From Syncephalis fuscata S228 (Eukaryota; Fungi; Zoopagomycota), in the NCBI GenBank assembly GCA_025786725.1, contig JAHLTZ010000042.1, forward strand, positions 110,050 to 174,049: 64,000 nucleotides of DNA, written 5' to 3'. Each line of letters starts with the position of its first letter. Within the stretch, counting starts at the first letter, position 1. This document shows, piece after piece, positions 15,574-29,508 of the stretch. The notes beneath the pieces were generated by a model. The model saw nothing but the letters and a program-made list of their open reading frames with translations, did not search any database and had not been told where the DNA came from. Position numbers and translations under genes: made by a program.

Positions 15574-16544
15574 TACAGAGATTTATGCAAACTATATAAT
15601 CTAGGTCGTTTTTTATTACCGATGACATTGGTGAATACCGCTGCTCCATTAATACCTGGTTGTTGTTGTTATTACATTTTATATTCACCTATCTAATTTT
15701 ACTACAGAGGCAGCTAATATTTATTATATTCTAATAGTGTAGCTACTGCACAGTTGCCATAAATTTAATAAACATTTTTATAATTGAAAAGCACGTATCA
15801 CAGAACAAGAAACACTGTTTAAATTAGCGGTGCATACAGGTATTGGAGTTCACACGGTATAGCTAAATGAATTCTATTAATGCACATGCATTTGATATGC
15901 ATACGTGATATTAATTAAATAAACAAAATAAAGCTTGCTAGTTTCACCATGCTATTAAAATACTATGGCGTAGTTATTAATGTATTGCTAGGCGCTTTTG
16001 ACCTTGTGTAAAGTTGTAGCCTTTGATATACTAATCTCGATCTTACATCACAAATATGCCCAAAGTGCAATAGTAGAATATTAAAAAAAAACAGACTATT
16101 CAGATGCAATAATCCATACAGTACATAAATGCAACAACAAATGCGAAATGACATGAATCGCAATCATATGGCTTCTATTGATATTCGATCAATTTTCTAC
16201 ACATGATCAACAACAACAATGATCAGCATTAAATGCTTTAACGAAATCAAATGATATGTTACATTGTTTATTTAAATCAACTTATTAACAACATTTTAAT
16301 AGAAAGCAATATAATTATGTTGTGCATAACAACGACATGACTTCAATTGGAACAAATTTTGCCTTAAGGATTCAAAATAGAAGAGTCAAAGTATAGTTCA
16401 ACCGGATAACCTGTTTGCACACCATCATGCAGCTTTCTGTATCCTGGAACGACTGAAAAAACAAACGGACAAACTTCTATTGCTTCCTTTTCTTGAGTTT
16501 TCGGCTTTCCTTTATACGGTCCGCCGTCTACTTTTCTTGTAAAA

Positions 16545-17413
16545 ATGCGAAATACAACGCACAAAGGCCAATTAAATGGGTATTAGTTTATCATGGAAGC
16601 ATACCATGACAAAGCTCTTTTCGGCGGCGTATTGTAACGGTGTATTTTCAAATAGTTCTTATTATAGTTGTGGTGTCATGGTTTGCACGTAACGCTTACC
16701 GGTCTTTTCGTGCAATGTTAAGAAATCCACGGAAGATAGGACCGTGGTGTTGTATTATCATAGCTTCTTCTGGTGTATTGGCGTTTATCGCACCTATAAC
16801 CTTTGGAGTAACAACTGTTCCTTCATGTTCTACAGGATTACAGCATGCGCTTGCCGGCCTAACAATATCTACCATGGCCATCAATGTTATACTGTTTGAG
16901 CGAGCCTACCTTGCACATCAGCGCAGCCCATGGGTGCTAATTGCTGGTATAATTGCAGTTGCAATACCAGGACCGGCATATGCATTTGCCATATGGTATC
17001 TAGTTGTACCGAACATATCCGATTCCATCGGCTGCTATAGTATGAATCGACCGCTAATTCCTCACATCCGATTTGGACTTGATTTACCGTCAAATGTTGT
17101 TTTTTCAGCGGCGTTTTGTATAGTAGTGTATCGGCGGTATACAAAATATCACGAAGCTTGCTGGAAATATCTGGCGCATGATGGAATTATCGCCATGCTA
17201 CTGGTCATTGTATCAAATACATTATGCTGTGTACTCAATTTAATTAGTGTCGTCGAGGAGTTTGGTGACATGGTTTATCTTGTAGACTGGTAAGCTACAA
17301 ATATAACATTAATAGGCCTTTTGCTAACATGTCTTAAAAGGTTGATTACAGGCACTTTACTTGTAGAGTATCAGTGTAAAATAAGTTTTTTGCTTATTCT
17401 ATTATTGAAATAA
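16545..17413 (+). pseudogene. Membrane protein family copy 4 with premature TAG at codon 14
   Basis: ATG CGA AAT...GGG TAT TAG (16584-16586) where the paralogs have TAT CAG; the rest of exon 1 is open; exon 2 is short or degenerate. Confidence 0.6.
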
Positions 17414-18187
17414 TGCGTGTGTTTACACCGCATTCATTCAATATGTCCAAGACCCTGACCGTCAGGTATTTGCCTGACATTAATTACCACATTTGGTTAA
17501 TCAAGCTTAAATGCAAACACATAACTAACAATTACACTTCATCATAACGCGTGACTAAATTGAATCCGCTAACTATATAATAACCAAAATCAGTAACACA
17601 TTTTAATAAAACAATTAACAATCCATTTTATTCAATTCAATCCATTCTATTGTCCCTTTTCATTCTAACATCTACAACGAAATTAAAGGAAATCAACGCT
17701 AAACTTATCACAATTGAATGTGCTAATTCCATGGGAAATATGGCGCAAATAAATTTTAATAGGTTTCCATTAAGATTCGTCACTATAAAATGAACTGGTA
17801 GCACATTTAACAGTAGAGCTCGAGTATCAATCTTGATGGCGACACAATTACAATTAAGCAAATATTTTAGTACTAGTTCTCATGTAACACAAAGTTGATA
17901 GATCTAATTCAGTGATGTACAAATCAAGTAATTGTAATTAATAATAAATATTTACTTTATAAATACAAAAAACAATATTTTATTAAGCTTATAAATAACA
18001 GCATATCAATCAGGTAGCCTTATGTTATTTATTGTTACAACGGCAATTAATAGCATTATTTCATTATATAGCTGCTCTATTTAGTACAGTAAAAAATGTT
18101 ATTTATTGTTTAAAATATGCTAATGCTGCTAGGCATATTTTTTGGATTTATTTAGTTCGTTAAAAGCATAAAGTAATCGATAAAATA

Positions 18188-20270
18188 TTAAATTTTATAG
18201 GGTCGTACCAGATATTTTCCACCTCGAGGACGTAGAACAAAGTGATCGACCGGTTTTGTGTCGTTATCTGGTGACGCGACAAAATTAAAGTGACGCATTA
18301 GCTCGAAAATAGCCATGCGCATCTCCATCCAGGCCAGGCTAGAATAGTGTAATCAGTATTTTATATTGAAATAATATTTGTGTAGAGCTTACTTGCGTCC
18401 AATACACGCTCGAGGGCCCACTGAGAAAGGAACAAAGTGCTGCTTCATAAGAGCTAATTGGTCGGGCGATGCTGTTAGCCAGCGGTCTGGTTTGAATGCT
18501 TCCGGGTCAGGAAATACATGTTTGTTCAAATGTAGCGCATTAAATGACGAAAAAACAGTAGTCTATTAGACAATGGTTAGCAGCCTATATAATCCAAAAT
18601 AGTCATTGATACATACTCCAGCTGGAAGGTAGTAGTCGCCCAGCATGATACCGCCTTCTGGCACAACGCGTGGCATACCGTGTGGGGCAATAGGCCGAAT
18701 ACGCATCGATTCGTTGATTACAGCGTCAAGATAGGGTAAAGACTGAATGGCTTCGTAATCGATTATAGTGCTAGGATCGGGATACAATGCTCTAATCTCT
18801 TCGACAAGTCGACTAGCACACTCCGGGTGTTCAATCAACAAGAGAAGAGTCCTGCATAGCTTTAATTATCAAAGTCGTTCGAAATATTACACAAATACTT
18901 ACCATGTGAGCGTGGAAGCTGTTGTGTCGGTGCCGGCCACCCTGAGCATCGACAATTGTTGAGTAAGCGTGTAGGAATTTATAACTGACTTACATTAGCA
19001 TAATCGATTGCGCAACAAGATCTTGATTCGACATGCTTGTGCCGGTCTCTTCATCAACAGCATCTATTAATTTTTGTAAAGAGTCCTTGCGTTCATTACT
19101 GCCATTCTTTCTTCTTTTCTCGATAGCTTTTTTTGAGAACTGATTTATAATGACATTTTATTTAGCAATGCAATAAAATAGCAAACTATTACTTACAGTG
19201 GATAAATCATGGACACATTGAGTGCTTTTTGGGAATAGTTTTGGAGAAAACAACGGTCCAAGAACCATTTTCTACATGGTATTGTGTATTAGCAAAATCA
19301 TGATGCGTATTACATAATGGTACCTTACCAGTGCACTGTAAGTGGTTGCGCCGTTGATCCATTGCATGATGGGATGCTGTATCTTTTTATCATCAAATAG
19401 CTCTAGTGATTTGCCAAACGATACCTCACCAATGATCTCCTTTATAAATAATGGCAAATTAGTAAATTGAATCACATTAATTGCATTACTTACAAAGGCA
19501 AGGCGCTGGAACAGGTCCATCATATCAATGGTATCGCCAGAATCTGCATGTTGGCGAAGTCGCTCTACAAGAGGCGAAATGCCAACACTATAGATTAACG
19601 GCTCAAGTTCTGAAAGTGCTTTGGGTGTGTAGGCTGGTAGCATTAAACGTTTCTGTGCATAATGGTTAACGAAACATAGCCAAAACAATATGAAGTCCAC
19701 GCTTACCTGAAGACGATGTTGTTCCGGATCGCTAAAATATGAATATTGTGCTTAATTTGATGTAATTATCTTATCTACACACTAACTTACTTTGTAGTAA
19801 ATAAACTATTGCCTTCAGTGCGAAAGGCCTCATAGTGGAAACTTTTTTCAAACTGGTACGAGCCTAGGATTTTTCGAACCATTGTCACACCTGATACCCA
19901 TACCTCAGTGGGTCCTAGTTTGTCAGGCAGTTTGTTTTTTTATTTAGTAAAACTTAATATGCTGCAACACGCCACCTACCTATGCGTACAATGGGTCCGT
20001 AGCGCTTATGGAGCCCAAAGCAATAGCTGGATCTTCAGTGTATAGCTGTTGAAAGTTGGTCCAAAGAACGTTTAGTGTGGGGCACCATGGGCCAGGGATT
20101 TTGGAAAGCGGTGATCTATATTTTTGCTGGACAAACTATGTGTAATGTTAGATAATTGGCAAGCTAGCCTACACAATTGTTCGAACCTTATGGGCTGCAA
20201 CTAGTAGCACCGATACGACGGCTACCTCCAGCCATGGAATAGATGAGATAGCAGAATAAATGAAGAACAT
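18188..20270 (-). CDS. Cytochrome P450, multi-exon
   Basis: N-terminal TM, 'IPGPW', 'AGTDTTAS' I-helix, 'ESMR' (ExxR), 'PDRW', heme motif 'FVPFSVGPRACIG'. Confidence 0.93.
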
Positions 20271-21633
20271 TATGGCATGAAGATTGATATTAGATGGTGC
20301 AAGAATTGATAAATTGTCAAGAAATTGTTAGAAATGCGTTACAAGCGGAGACATGCTCATTTAAAACAGAGAGTTTTCATGTGCCAAATCCAAGTTATCA
20401 GTAAAAATCAACAGACTGCTGATACAAAGTTAAGGCCTATTGCTTCGATGAGATTCAAGACCCTATAGGCCTCGTGGAACAAATGGTCAGTTGCATTATT
20501 CAAAGGTCGGAATATTTTATGATTACTTTAAGCGAACTATAAAGGTACACTAAAGTGCTTTAAAATGTTTTAAAATGCCTATTTAACTTTATGAAAAATG
20601 CTATTGATACTAGCGATGCTAATATAGCCGATGGTTAAACGAATTGATTAGCCAATCCACCTAATAAGTATATAGGTGCTTGTAGGCTTAAAAAGTAAAT
20701 TAAAATGCACTGCATTTCCTTGAAGGCTCTTCGACAGCACGTGTGCGGAGTATTCACCCATTGTAATTTCATTATGTTTAAAACATATTATAATCTCATG
20801 TCATGTCATCTTTATTTGTGTATCTATATAAATACATCTTTTCTATAAAATTTATTTGTACATAGCAATAAACGACATTTAAAATTACATGTAAGAAGCA
20901 AAGCAAAGATTAATAATTGCATAGTATATTTGTGTGACCATTGAAATACTCCCTGACAATGAGTGTGCACCTTAAAAAGCATAAGAGATGTCCACAGCAG
21001 ACATTTACTACAACTAATAATTTACTTGTGTACGCCATACATTGAACATATAACTATGTATAAAACTTGAATATACAACATTTATGATTCTATTATTTGC
21101 AATTGTTACATATTACTACAATAGACAGCAGCTACATAAAAATATTTGAATATAAATCGCGTTTAACAGCATATTGTATTACCCTTTAGTATCTCTGGTT
21201 TATTTTGTTGTATTATTGTCCATTTGATATACTGAAGTCACAAACACATAAGGCCATGAGTTTTGAATAAGTCAAAAGCGTAATAGTGATAAAGAGAAGA
21301 TAAAAGCAAAGTTTTACAATTGGCCACTAATTAAAACTGTAACCATTTGTGAAGTGTTAAACGTGCAATTGGTTGCTACACATAAACCAGCTCTATCTTG
21401 TGTAAAAAGGCCCAGTAGAGGCCCGATTAGACACTGTACAACGCTTTACAATTAAAATCTTATAAGCAATAGTAGTGGCGATTAATTATACAAAATTAAG
21501 CAGTATTAATTTAAAACACATTTATGGATACGATTTATTATAATCATATTATTACGATGATGGATGATGATGGTGGTGGTGGTGGCCCGTTACACTGTTT
21601 GTTTCAAGTGACATGGATTTATGTACGTATGCA

Positions 21634-23409
21634 TCAGGTTTGAATGGTAGCAGTAATTTCTGCAGTAGAAGTTGGCATCGCCTTTGCCTTCTCGCGTAAA
21701 ACACGCCGTAGAATCTTTCCTGCGGCACTTCGAGGTATCAAATCAATAAACTCAACACCACCTCGTAAACGTTTGTAATGTGCAGTTCGTTCAGCAGTAA
21801 AATCAATGATCTCCTCTTGAGTAATTTTACCAACATGGGTTGGTTTTAATGACACATACGCTTTCGGCAACTCTGTCGCTTGCTCCGGACATTGTACCGG
21901 AACAACGGCAGCATCGGCTACCGCCTCGTGCGACTGAATGATTTCTTCAAGCTCAGCCGGCGCTACTTGGAATCCTTTATATTTGATAAACTCTTTAATA
22001 CGATCGACAATGTAAAAGTTGCCTTTCTCGTCAACTCGACCAATGTCGCCGGTGTGCAAATAGCCGTCGGCATCGATGGCCTCATCCGTAGCATCCGGTC
22101 GGTTCAAATATCCCTTCATAATATTTGGGCCTTTAAGTAGAATTTCACCAACACCACCTACGGGCAATGCATTGCCATCACCATCAATGATTTTGGCAAC
22201 TAGATTTGGCATTAATTTGCCGGCACTACCATCGATAGTTTCGTTTGCCTCCATGATATGAGTGATTGGCGATGCTTCTGTCATGCCATAGCCTTGACGT
22301 ATAATGATTTTAAGACGATCACGCGTAGCAGCCGCCAACTCAGAACCAAGCGGAGCGGCAGCGCATACCATATCGCGCAAGCTTGAAAGATCAAACTGGT
22401 CGACAATCGGATGCTTAGATAGTGCTAGACATACAGGTGGTGCAACATAGGCTGAGGTAACCTTGTAACGTGGGATAAGTTCGAGGAATTGGGGCAATTG
22501 GAAACGACGCATTACAATAATTTGCGCATCTCGCATGATGGGTGCAAACATTTGTACAATAAGACCGTAGATATGAAAGAATGGCAAGAAATTAACCTGT
22601 ATATCCTGTGATGGCAACGTAACCCACCAGCGCCTTCAAATGCCATATACTGGTTGATATTCGACACAATGTTGTAATGGGTCAACTCAACGCCTTTTGG
22701 CTTGCCAGTGGTGCCTGATGAATAACAAAGAACAGCTGTGGTATTACGAACCTCGTCGACATCTAATTCAATAAGATCGGCCTCTTTAGCACCTTGAAGA
22801 AGACCGCGTACTGTTACACAGCCATCAACTTCAGTCTTTGGTGTATTTCCGTCCCACGCATTGGTAATGATAATACGATTCAAGGGAATATTCGTGTTTA
22901 CGGCCACTTCCTTTGCGAGTTCAGCAATTGAATAATCGGCAATAATGTATTTTGTATTTGAATCTTCAACCTGATGTATCAACTCATCAAGTATATACGC
23001 GGGATTGGCTGGTGTAACAACAAGACCCGCTGCTATTGATCCAATAACTACCACGGAATAATCAATCTAAATAACATAGGATACAGTAAGTAATGCTATT
23101 AATATAACTATTATAACAGGCATGCTCAACTACTAATTAATCCAGCTACAGTATAACAAACATACTTACATCATTGGGTGAAATCACCATAACAACTTCT
23201 CCACGCTGTGCATTAAATTTTTGTTTCAATGCACCAGCAAATTGTTTGCAGTCACGACGAATATCCGCCATGGTCATTTTGCGACCAGATTCTGCAGAAA
23301 TAAACACAGTAGAATCATCTTTTCGGAGACTTTTACCACTTTCAAATAAGAAATGGCAAATGCTTTGCTCGGGCAAAACAATGTCGGGTACGGGCGAGGT
23401 ATAGATCAT
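21634..23409 (-). CDS. 4-coumarate-CoA ligase-like (ANL superfamily) acyl-CoA synthetase, 1 intron, 1-nt indel near 22615
   Basis: 'YSSGTTGKPKG' AMP-binding motif, 'LPFFHIYG', 'QGYGMTE', 'LHTGDIG', 'DRIKEFIKYKGFQVAPAELE', 'GKILRR'. Confidence 0.93.
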
Positions 23410-24533
23410 ATTGACAGTGATATAGACAAAGAGAAGGCCAGATTAAAGAATAACTCAACGGTAAAAGAAAGCAGATTAACAAGAATAATATTACACTGTT
23501 TGCTCGCAAGGAATAGACGATTGAATAGAGACGATAGAATATGAATATGAGCGACCAAGCCGGTGCTTGGCTTATCTTTATAGGCCCTTCCACGTCATAG
23601 AGACACAGATAACAATTCACTCATGTTCGGCTATAATTCCTATTCGTGGAATAACGACGACCGTGAATTATATTTACCCAATAAACTCCGTTTACCCCAT
23701 GTGAGAACTTGTACCTTTGCTACCAATGTAGCATTGGACGCCGTCTAGAATAAGCATCCCACGACCATATGCAAGTACCCACGCACAATCACTCAAATTC
23801 AATCTTGAATGCTTATAAATAACACAGTCATATTGTGTTGGGGGTAAAACTACTGATGTTATTTGCAGTGTACTGGTTTAATGATTCTTTATACTGATCA
23901 TGACTGTGCATGAAAATAACATTAACAATAATAATATAAATAATATAAATGATGTTTATAGTACATTGTACTGTTGCATTTTATAAATATAACAGTGTAA
24001 AAAGGTAGAAAGTTTATAAGTGATTATATTCTATATTTTTTGGTCGGATTTTGAATATTTTACTTGGCTACATTCCCATCACACATATAACCCACAGTAG
24101 TGACTAAATTTTATAGCATTTGCGTAATGAAAATAAACGCTCATTCTATTGAACATAAGACTAGATGGGGAATTATATATGATAAAAAATTTCAATTAGA
24201 TTGTAATTTTGGGATCAAATGACTAAATTTAATAATACCCACGTAATTACATTACATATTCATTGTGTTGAACATAAACTGAACTGAGTAATAGGCAGTA
24301 TTAGTGAATAAATACGTATTATTACTATTATTATACTTATTTAACGATTAATATAAACTCGGTTATTTTATTAATCAAAATAAATATCCTCTAACAAACT
24401 GCCATTTGCATTATTTATTATTAAAAACACTTTTTTTAATCAAACACAGCAACTTTAACAACACTAGCAATGTTATATATGAAATAATATAGTTAATGAA
24501 CATTAAGATAGAAATCCTCTGTATTTATTTACA

Positions 24534-25643
24534 TTATGCACCGGGTGAACTAGCTTCTGGCATAATTCGTTTAAGCATTGTGCCCCAAGATGATTGATTA
24601 GTTGGATACTAATCTAGATTATTGTATAATTTAGCCGTCATAAATATCACAAGTCCGCTTCTTCTCAGTGTCACTTTGTTACTCACTTGATACGGGAATG
24701 GATTGCCTTCATTGGTAGTAATGGCCGGTACATGTTCTCTATGTGTCTCTACAGTATGTACAATCCCCGCCAATAGCTTCCGAAGTTGAGCACTGGCCGC
24801 TTGACGTAAATAAGCCTGATCTAAAAGTATATGGTACAATAATTAGATCAAATAATAATAATAATAACAATAAATGATTTTAATGATTTAATAGGATAAT
24901 ATTTAATAAACATTTTTAACATTAAACACTTGTATTAATTATGTACATGCATATATTTCTTACCTCGTTCATCGCGAGGACGAACACAGGTTACAGTAAT
25001 GGGCCATTCTTCCCAGCAGACTTGTTCTTCCGCTTTAGAAAACCAGGAATTCTTTGTTCGCTTTTCGAAGAATCCAACAACCATCTATGGAACAGAGAGA
25101 AGTATGACGGTTGGGGCAATTAGTCTTTCGTTACTTCTGTTTATCCCTTCCAGTTACCTGTGCTGTATCCGAACCTGTGGCATCTAAATGACGCGCAAAT
25201 GCCCGCAACTTCTCTTCAATTGCTCGTTCAATATCGGGATCATCTATGGCTGGCTAATAATAGCACATCTAGTCCTAATTAATAACAGTCTTCACCAGTG
25301 TTGTCCTTTTGATTCAGCGGTGTCTATAGCTAAAACACAGCTGGCACCTTATTACACTTACATACGGTGTATCGATCGCCTCTAACTCCATTGGTCTTAT
25401 TGTAATAAACACTCTGTGAAATAGAATCGTATGCAATAAAGCTGATGTAGAATACAATAAGCATTGACGGTTAAACGCTAACCAAGCAAGACAGTTGCCT
25501 CGCTTACCTCGCAATACATCTTTAAGCAACGATCGATCTGTAGTCTACATCACTTCATTTAACAATTCTGATTACACTAATCTGTAGTTGATTCTAATTA
25601 CCAGCTCGATTGGAAATAGTTCTGCTTTGTTGTTGGTTGTCAT
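24534..25643 (-). CDS. ATG101: Autophagy-related protein 101 (HORMA domain), multi-exon
   Basis: 'LKDVLR-ALLHTILFHR', 'WEEW', 'HVPAITTNEGNPFPYQ' and 'SWGTMLKR' C-terminus. Confidence 0.85.
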
Positions 25644-25874
25644 GTTGTTATCGGTAGAAAGTGAAGGGAAAAGAAAGGTCACGTTGACATGTGTAATTAG
25701 TGCGTCATCAATTGTTATGTTTATTTTTATTTGGCGTTTTCTTTCTTGTTTCTTTCTTATTTCTCTCTTTCTCTCTCTCCGCGACAGCTGTTTATTATTT
25801 ATACGCTGACTCTTATATTCTGGTCAAATTGAGATAAAAGCCGGCATTTTCACGTCATTATAACTACGAGAATC

Positions 25875-28724
25875 ATGTTCAAAACTATTGGCAATCTTAT
25901 TTGGGGTGGCGAACAAGATCTAACGGTTGCCACTTTGCCGTCCGGTCAGCTATTCAAACGCACCGTAAAGAAAGGCAAGACGGTCCAAGAGTTGGTGTAA
26001 GTGCATCATACCTATTAATATGATAAATGCTTAGTGCTTATGCCTATTTAGCTTTAAAGATGCTCAGGCTGCCATTCGTCGAACATCGACACGGTATCAG
26101 TATCAATTGACAGTGTCACCCATCTACGAGGAAGGAGAAGAGGCACTTTTGGAAGAACAAGGCCAAGGTAATTAATCAATCTATATTACATATATATATG
26201 TATAACATAGAATATAATATTAATATAACATTACATGTATATAGATTTACCAGATGATTGTGTATTTTTACTCGATGCTGAATTAAAGTTACATATGACT
26301 CAAGCTGATGGCACCACCACCTTTACTTGGTCTGATATATCCAGTGTAAGTGTTTATTCAAAATGGCTTAGATATTATCAATTAATATTAATATAGGAAT
26401 CGGATGATGTATTGGAGTACATAGTGGATAGCAGTGTTTCTAATTCAATGGTAATGGCATTTGAGCGCTCTACTCTTCAGTGCATGTACGAGCGTAAACA
26501 CGACCGCCCATACACCGAGGCTACAGAGGAAGACTTGGCCGAGTTCAAATACAGGTAAGTTGTTTGTATAACAACGGGTTAATTGTTAATAACGCTGTAC
26601 GAATTAGACCTGACGAGAAGACTGAAGAATTAAAGATTGACGTTCCAGAGCCAAGAGATGCACCTGTAGCTGATGTGACACCCATTTGTGAAGCACCTGC
26701 ACAACTATTCCTATTCAATCCAGCTACGGGTACATTCCAGCTCCAGTCAAAACACGTGTCAGCCAAATTAGTGGCTGTAGCACCGTATACATGTAAGTAG
26801 CTTTTTTTAGTAAATGAATGACTAATAATTGACCAAATATGATTAGATTGGATTTATGCCGAGAATGAGACACGATGCTGGCTACGTCAACCAGTGGAAC
26901 CAGGCATGAATGCTATCTTTAACCGAGTAAGTGGATTAAAGCTAATTAATGATACATTGCAATTAACGGTTTATTATAGGAACATTCATCGTTTATTTGG
27001 TGCTATTACGATGGCAAGTATTATTTAGTTGTATAGTTTGGCTAGTCTAATTAGATGTTTAGAGTCCAATCGAGTTTATTCGTGGTCACTTCGATTCCCT
27101 GATGCTTCGGCTGAAGCAGAATTTCGAGAAACATTTGGACGATGTGCCTACGAGACAATGAATCATGCCAAATTTGAAAAAGTGGCGAAAGTAGACCAGA
27201 ACTACTTGTTGGATGCTTATCAGGATGATGTAACAATGGTGGATGCTGAATCAGTGGCTGACAGTGAAGAAGGTAAGTAAATAACAATAATAATAATAGC
27301 ATATAGCTACTTAACAGTAATATATATATACTATTAGAGGAGGAGGAGGAGGAAGAAGAAGAGGAGGAAGAGGTAGAAGCAGAATATACAGATGAAGAGG
27401 ATGAAGGTTCGGCTGAAGCACTTGGTCAAAAGGCAAAGAATAGCCAATTGGCCGTTGGCTACAAACATGATCGCTCATTTGTTGTGCGTGGTGACAAGAT
27501 TGGTGTATTTAAATACACGGAAGACGATAAATTGAAGTTTACCACAGCCATTAACAATGTGTCTACACTCAGTGGAACTGCTTTAAATCCACAAAAGGTA
27601 AGTGAACTAGTATGAATTAATAAAATCTTACCAATGAAACTAGATGATGCTTCACAACGAAGACACCAATTTAATTTTAATGGATGCAGATAAACATGAC
27701 GTCCTGTACAAGATGGATTTGGAATACGGTAAAGTTGTTGAAGAATGGCAGGTTCACGACGATATTCCATGTACTTCATTTGTGCCCGACAGTAAATACG
27801 CACAAATGACACAGCAACAAACGATAGTTGGTCTATCTCACAACTCGCTATTTCGAGTGGATCCACGTCTAAGCGGAAAGAAGCTGGTAGACGCAGAGTG
27901 TAAGTCGTATGCTACTAAGAACGGATTCAGCTGTGCTGCCACTACCGAACAAGGTTGGGTTGCTGTGGGCAGTGAAAAGGGAGAAATCCGACTATTTAAC
28001 AAGTTGGGTATCAACGCGAAGGCGGTACTGCCAGCAATTGGCGATCCAATTATTGGTATTGATGTTACCGCCGATGGCCGTTGGTTGGTGGCTACGTGCC
28101 GCAGCTATTTGCTATTGGTCGATTGCTGGAACAAAGAGGAAAATGTTTCTGGATTTGTGAAAGGCTTTTCCAAGGATAAAAAGGTAAGCATTAGGTATTT
28201 ACTGATGAGATGAGCACTAAAATAAAGCCACCTAGCCTGTGCCAAAACGACTGCAATTAAAACCGGAACATGTTGCCTACATGGGCATGCCAGTATCATT
28301 TACGGTAGCACGATTCAACACAGGTATCAACGAACATGAAAAGACTATTGTAACAAGGTAAGTGATTTAGAATGCACCAAAACATACTAAACTAACACTT
28401 ATTTAGCACTGGTCCGTATGTTATTACTTGGAACTTCCGTCGTGTTAAACAGGGCAAGATCTACGACTATCAAATCAAGCAGTACGAGGAGGACGTGGTG
28501 GCCGATAACTTCAAATACGGTCAAGATCGTAACATTATTGTGGCTTTGCCTGACGATGTCCACATGGCTTCGAAGCGTAGTTTGGCTACGGCTAAGAAAG
28601 TTTTGCAAACACCAGCCAAGGTAAGCTAGTTCTATTACTTAATATGCACGTATAGCTTATTCAAATATAATTTAATCAATAGAATCTGCCATCCAAGTCT
28701 GGTATTGTCAATGCTCCATATTAA
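25875..28724 (+). CDS. VID27: Vacuolar import and degradation protein 27, multi-exon
   Basis: 'MFKTIGNLIWG', 'NSQLAVGYKHDRSFVVRGDKIGVF', 'MDLEYGKVVEEW', 'LPAIGDPIIGIDVTADGRW', C-terminal 'IVNAPY'. Confidence 0.93.
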
Positions 28725-29006
28725 TCAGCCAAATGATATGGATCAAATAAATAGTCGATTGGTATTAAAATTTGTTAAAATTAAGTAATCAATCAATGTG
28801 ATTAGAAAAAAATTTAATTACTGAATTGATGCATGAAATTAATAATAAGACCACTTATTGTAATAAGTAAATAAATGTTAAAGATAAAAATAGGTTAAAG
28901 TTTATATTCTTAAAACAGCTTATAGCAATGTACAATCATTGACTTTATATCCCAAAATAGCTGACTGTTCTAAATACTTGTAAATTGATTGTGATAGCGG
29001 TATAGT

Positions 29007-29508
29007 TCAAGTATTATAAAATACACCATTCTTTCTTTTGTATCTATCAATGACACAAATCCATATCAATATAGTTTTAATGGAAACCACCCGGCGACAA
29101 CGTAGGTCCATTATTTTTAAAATCTTTTGATTGATCTTCTGAGGGTTTGTCATTGAAGGCATTTGAGTGAATACTATGATTGCTACAATTAGAACTACTA
29201 GAACTGCAATAATGCCAGAAATAGTACGCCATTTTCGCTTATTTCTGTAGTAGCTATCCGAATGCTTCTGGTTGACCACGGTCATTTGTACATTGACGCT
29301 GTTTGGTGCAGTGGCCGGATCATAAACGTTGATTGGTACAATTTGCTCACATACAAAGGGTGCATTGTTTGTAACGGCGTATGTTGATCATTAATTGCTA
29401 CTGAAGTATAGGCTGGCGGTGGTATATTCGTATATGACTTGATGCACCGCCATAAGACGGACCAATGTCGATTGTTGTGTACTTGCTTGGTATATTTTGA
29501 GTAGTCAT
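29007..29508 (-). CDS. Small PPxY-motif, C-terminal-TM protein, family member 1 (two apparent indels)
   Basis: 'PPPAYTSVAINDQ' motif and TM 'ISGIIAVLVVLIVAIIVF' lie in adjacent frames; probable ATG at 29508. Confidence 0.5.

Noticed and set aside
16584-16586. TAG reassigned to Gln
   Set aside because: TAG ends several intact genes in the window (PBS2-like, coilin-like)
17637-17861. 74-aa ORF between receptor copy 4 and the P450
   Set aside because: No ATG start, motifs or splice structure that I can support
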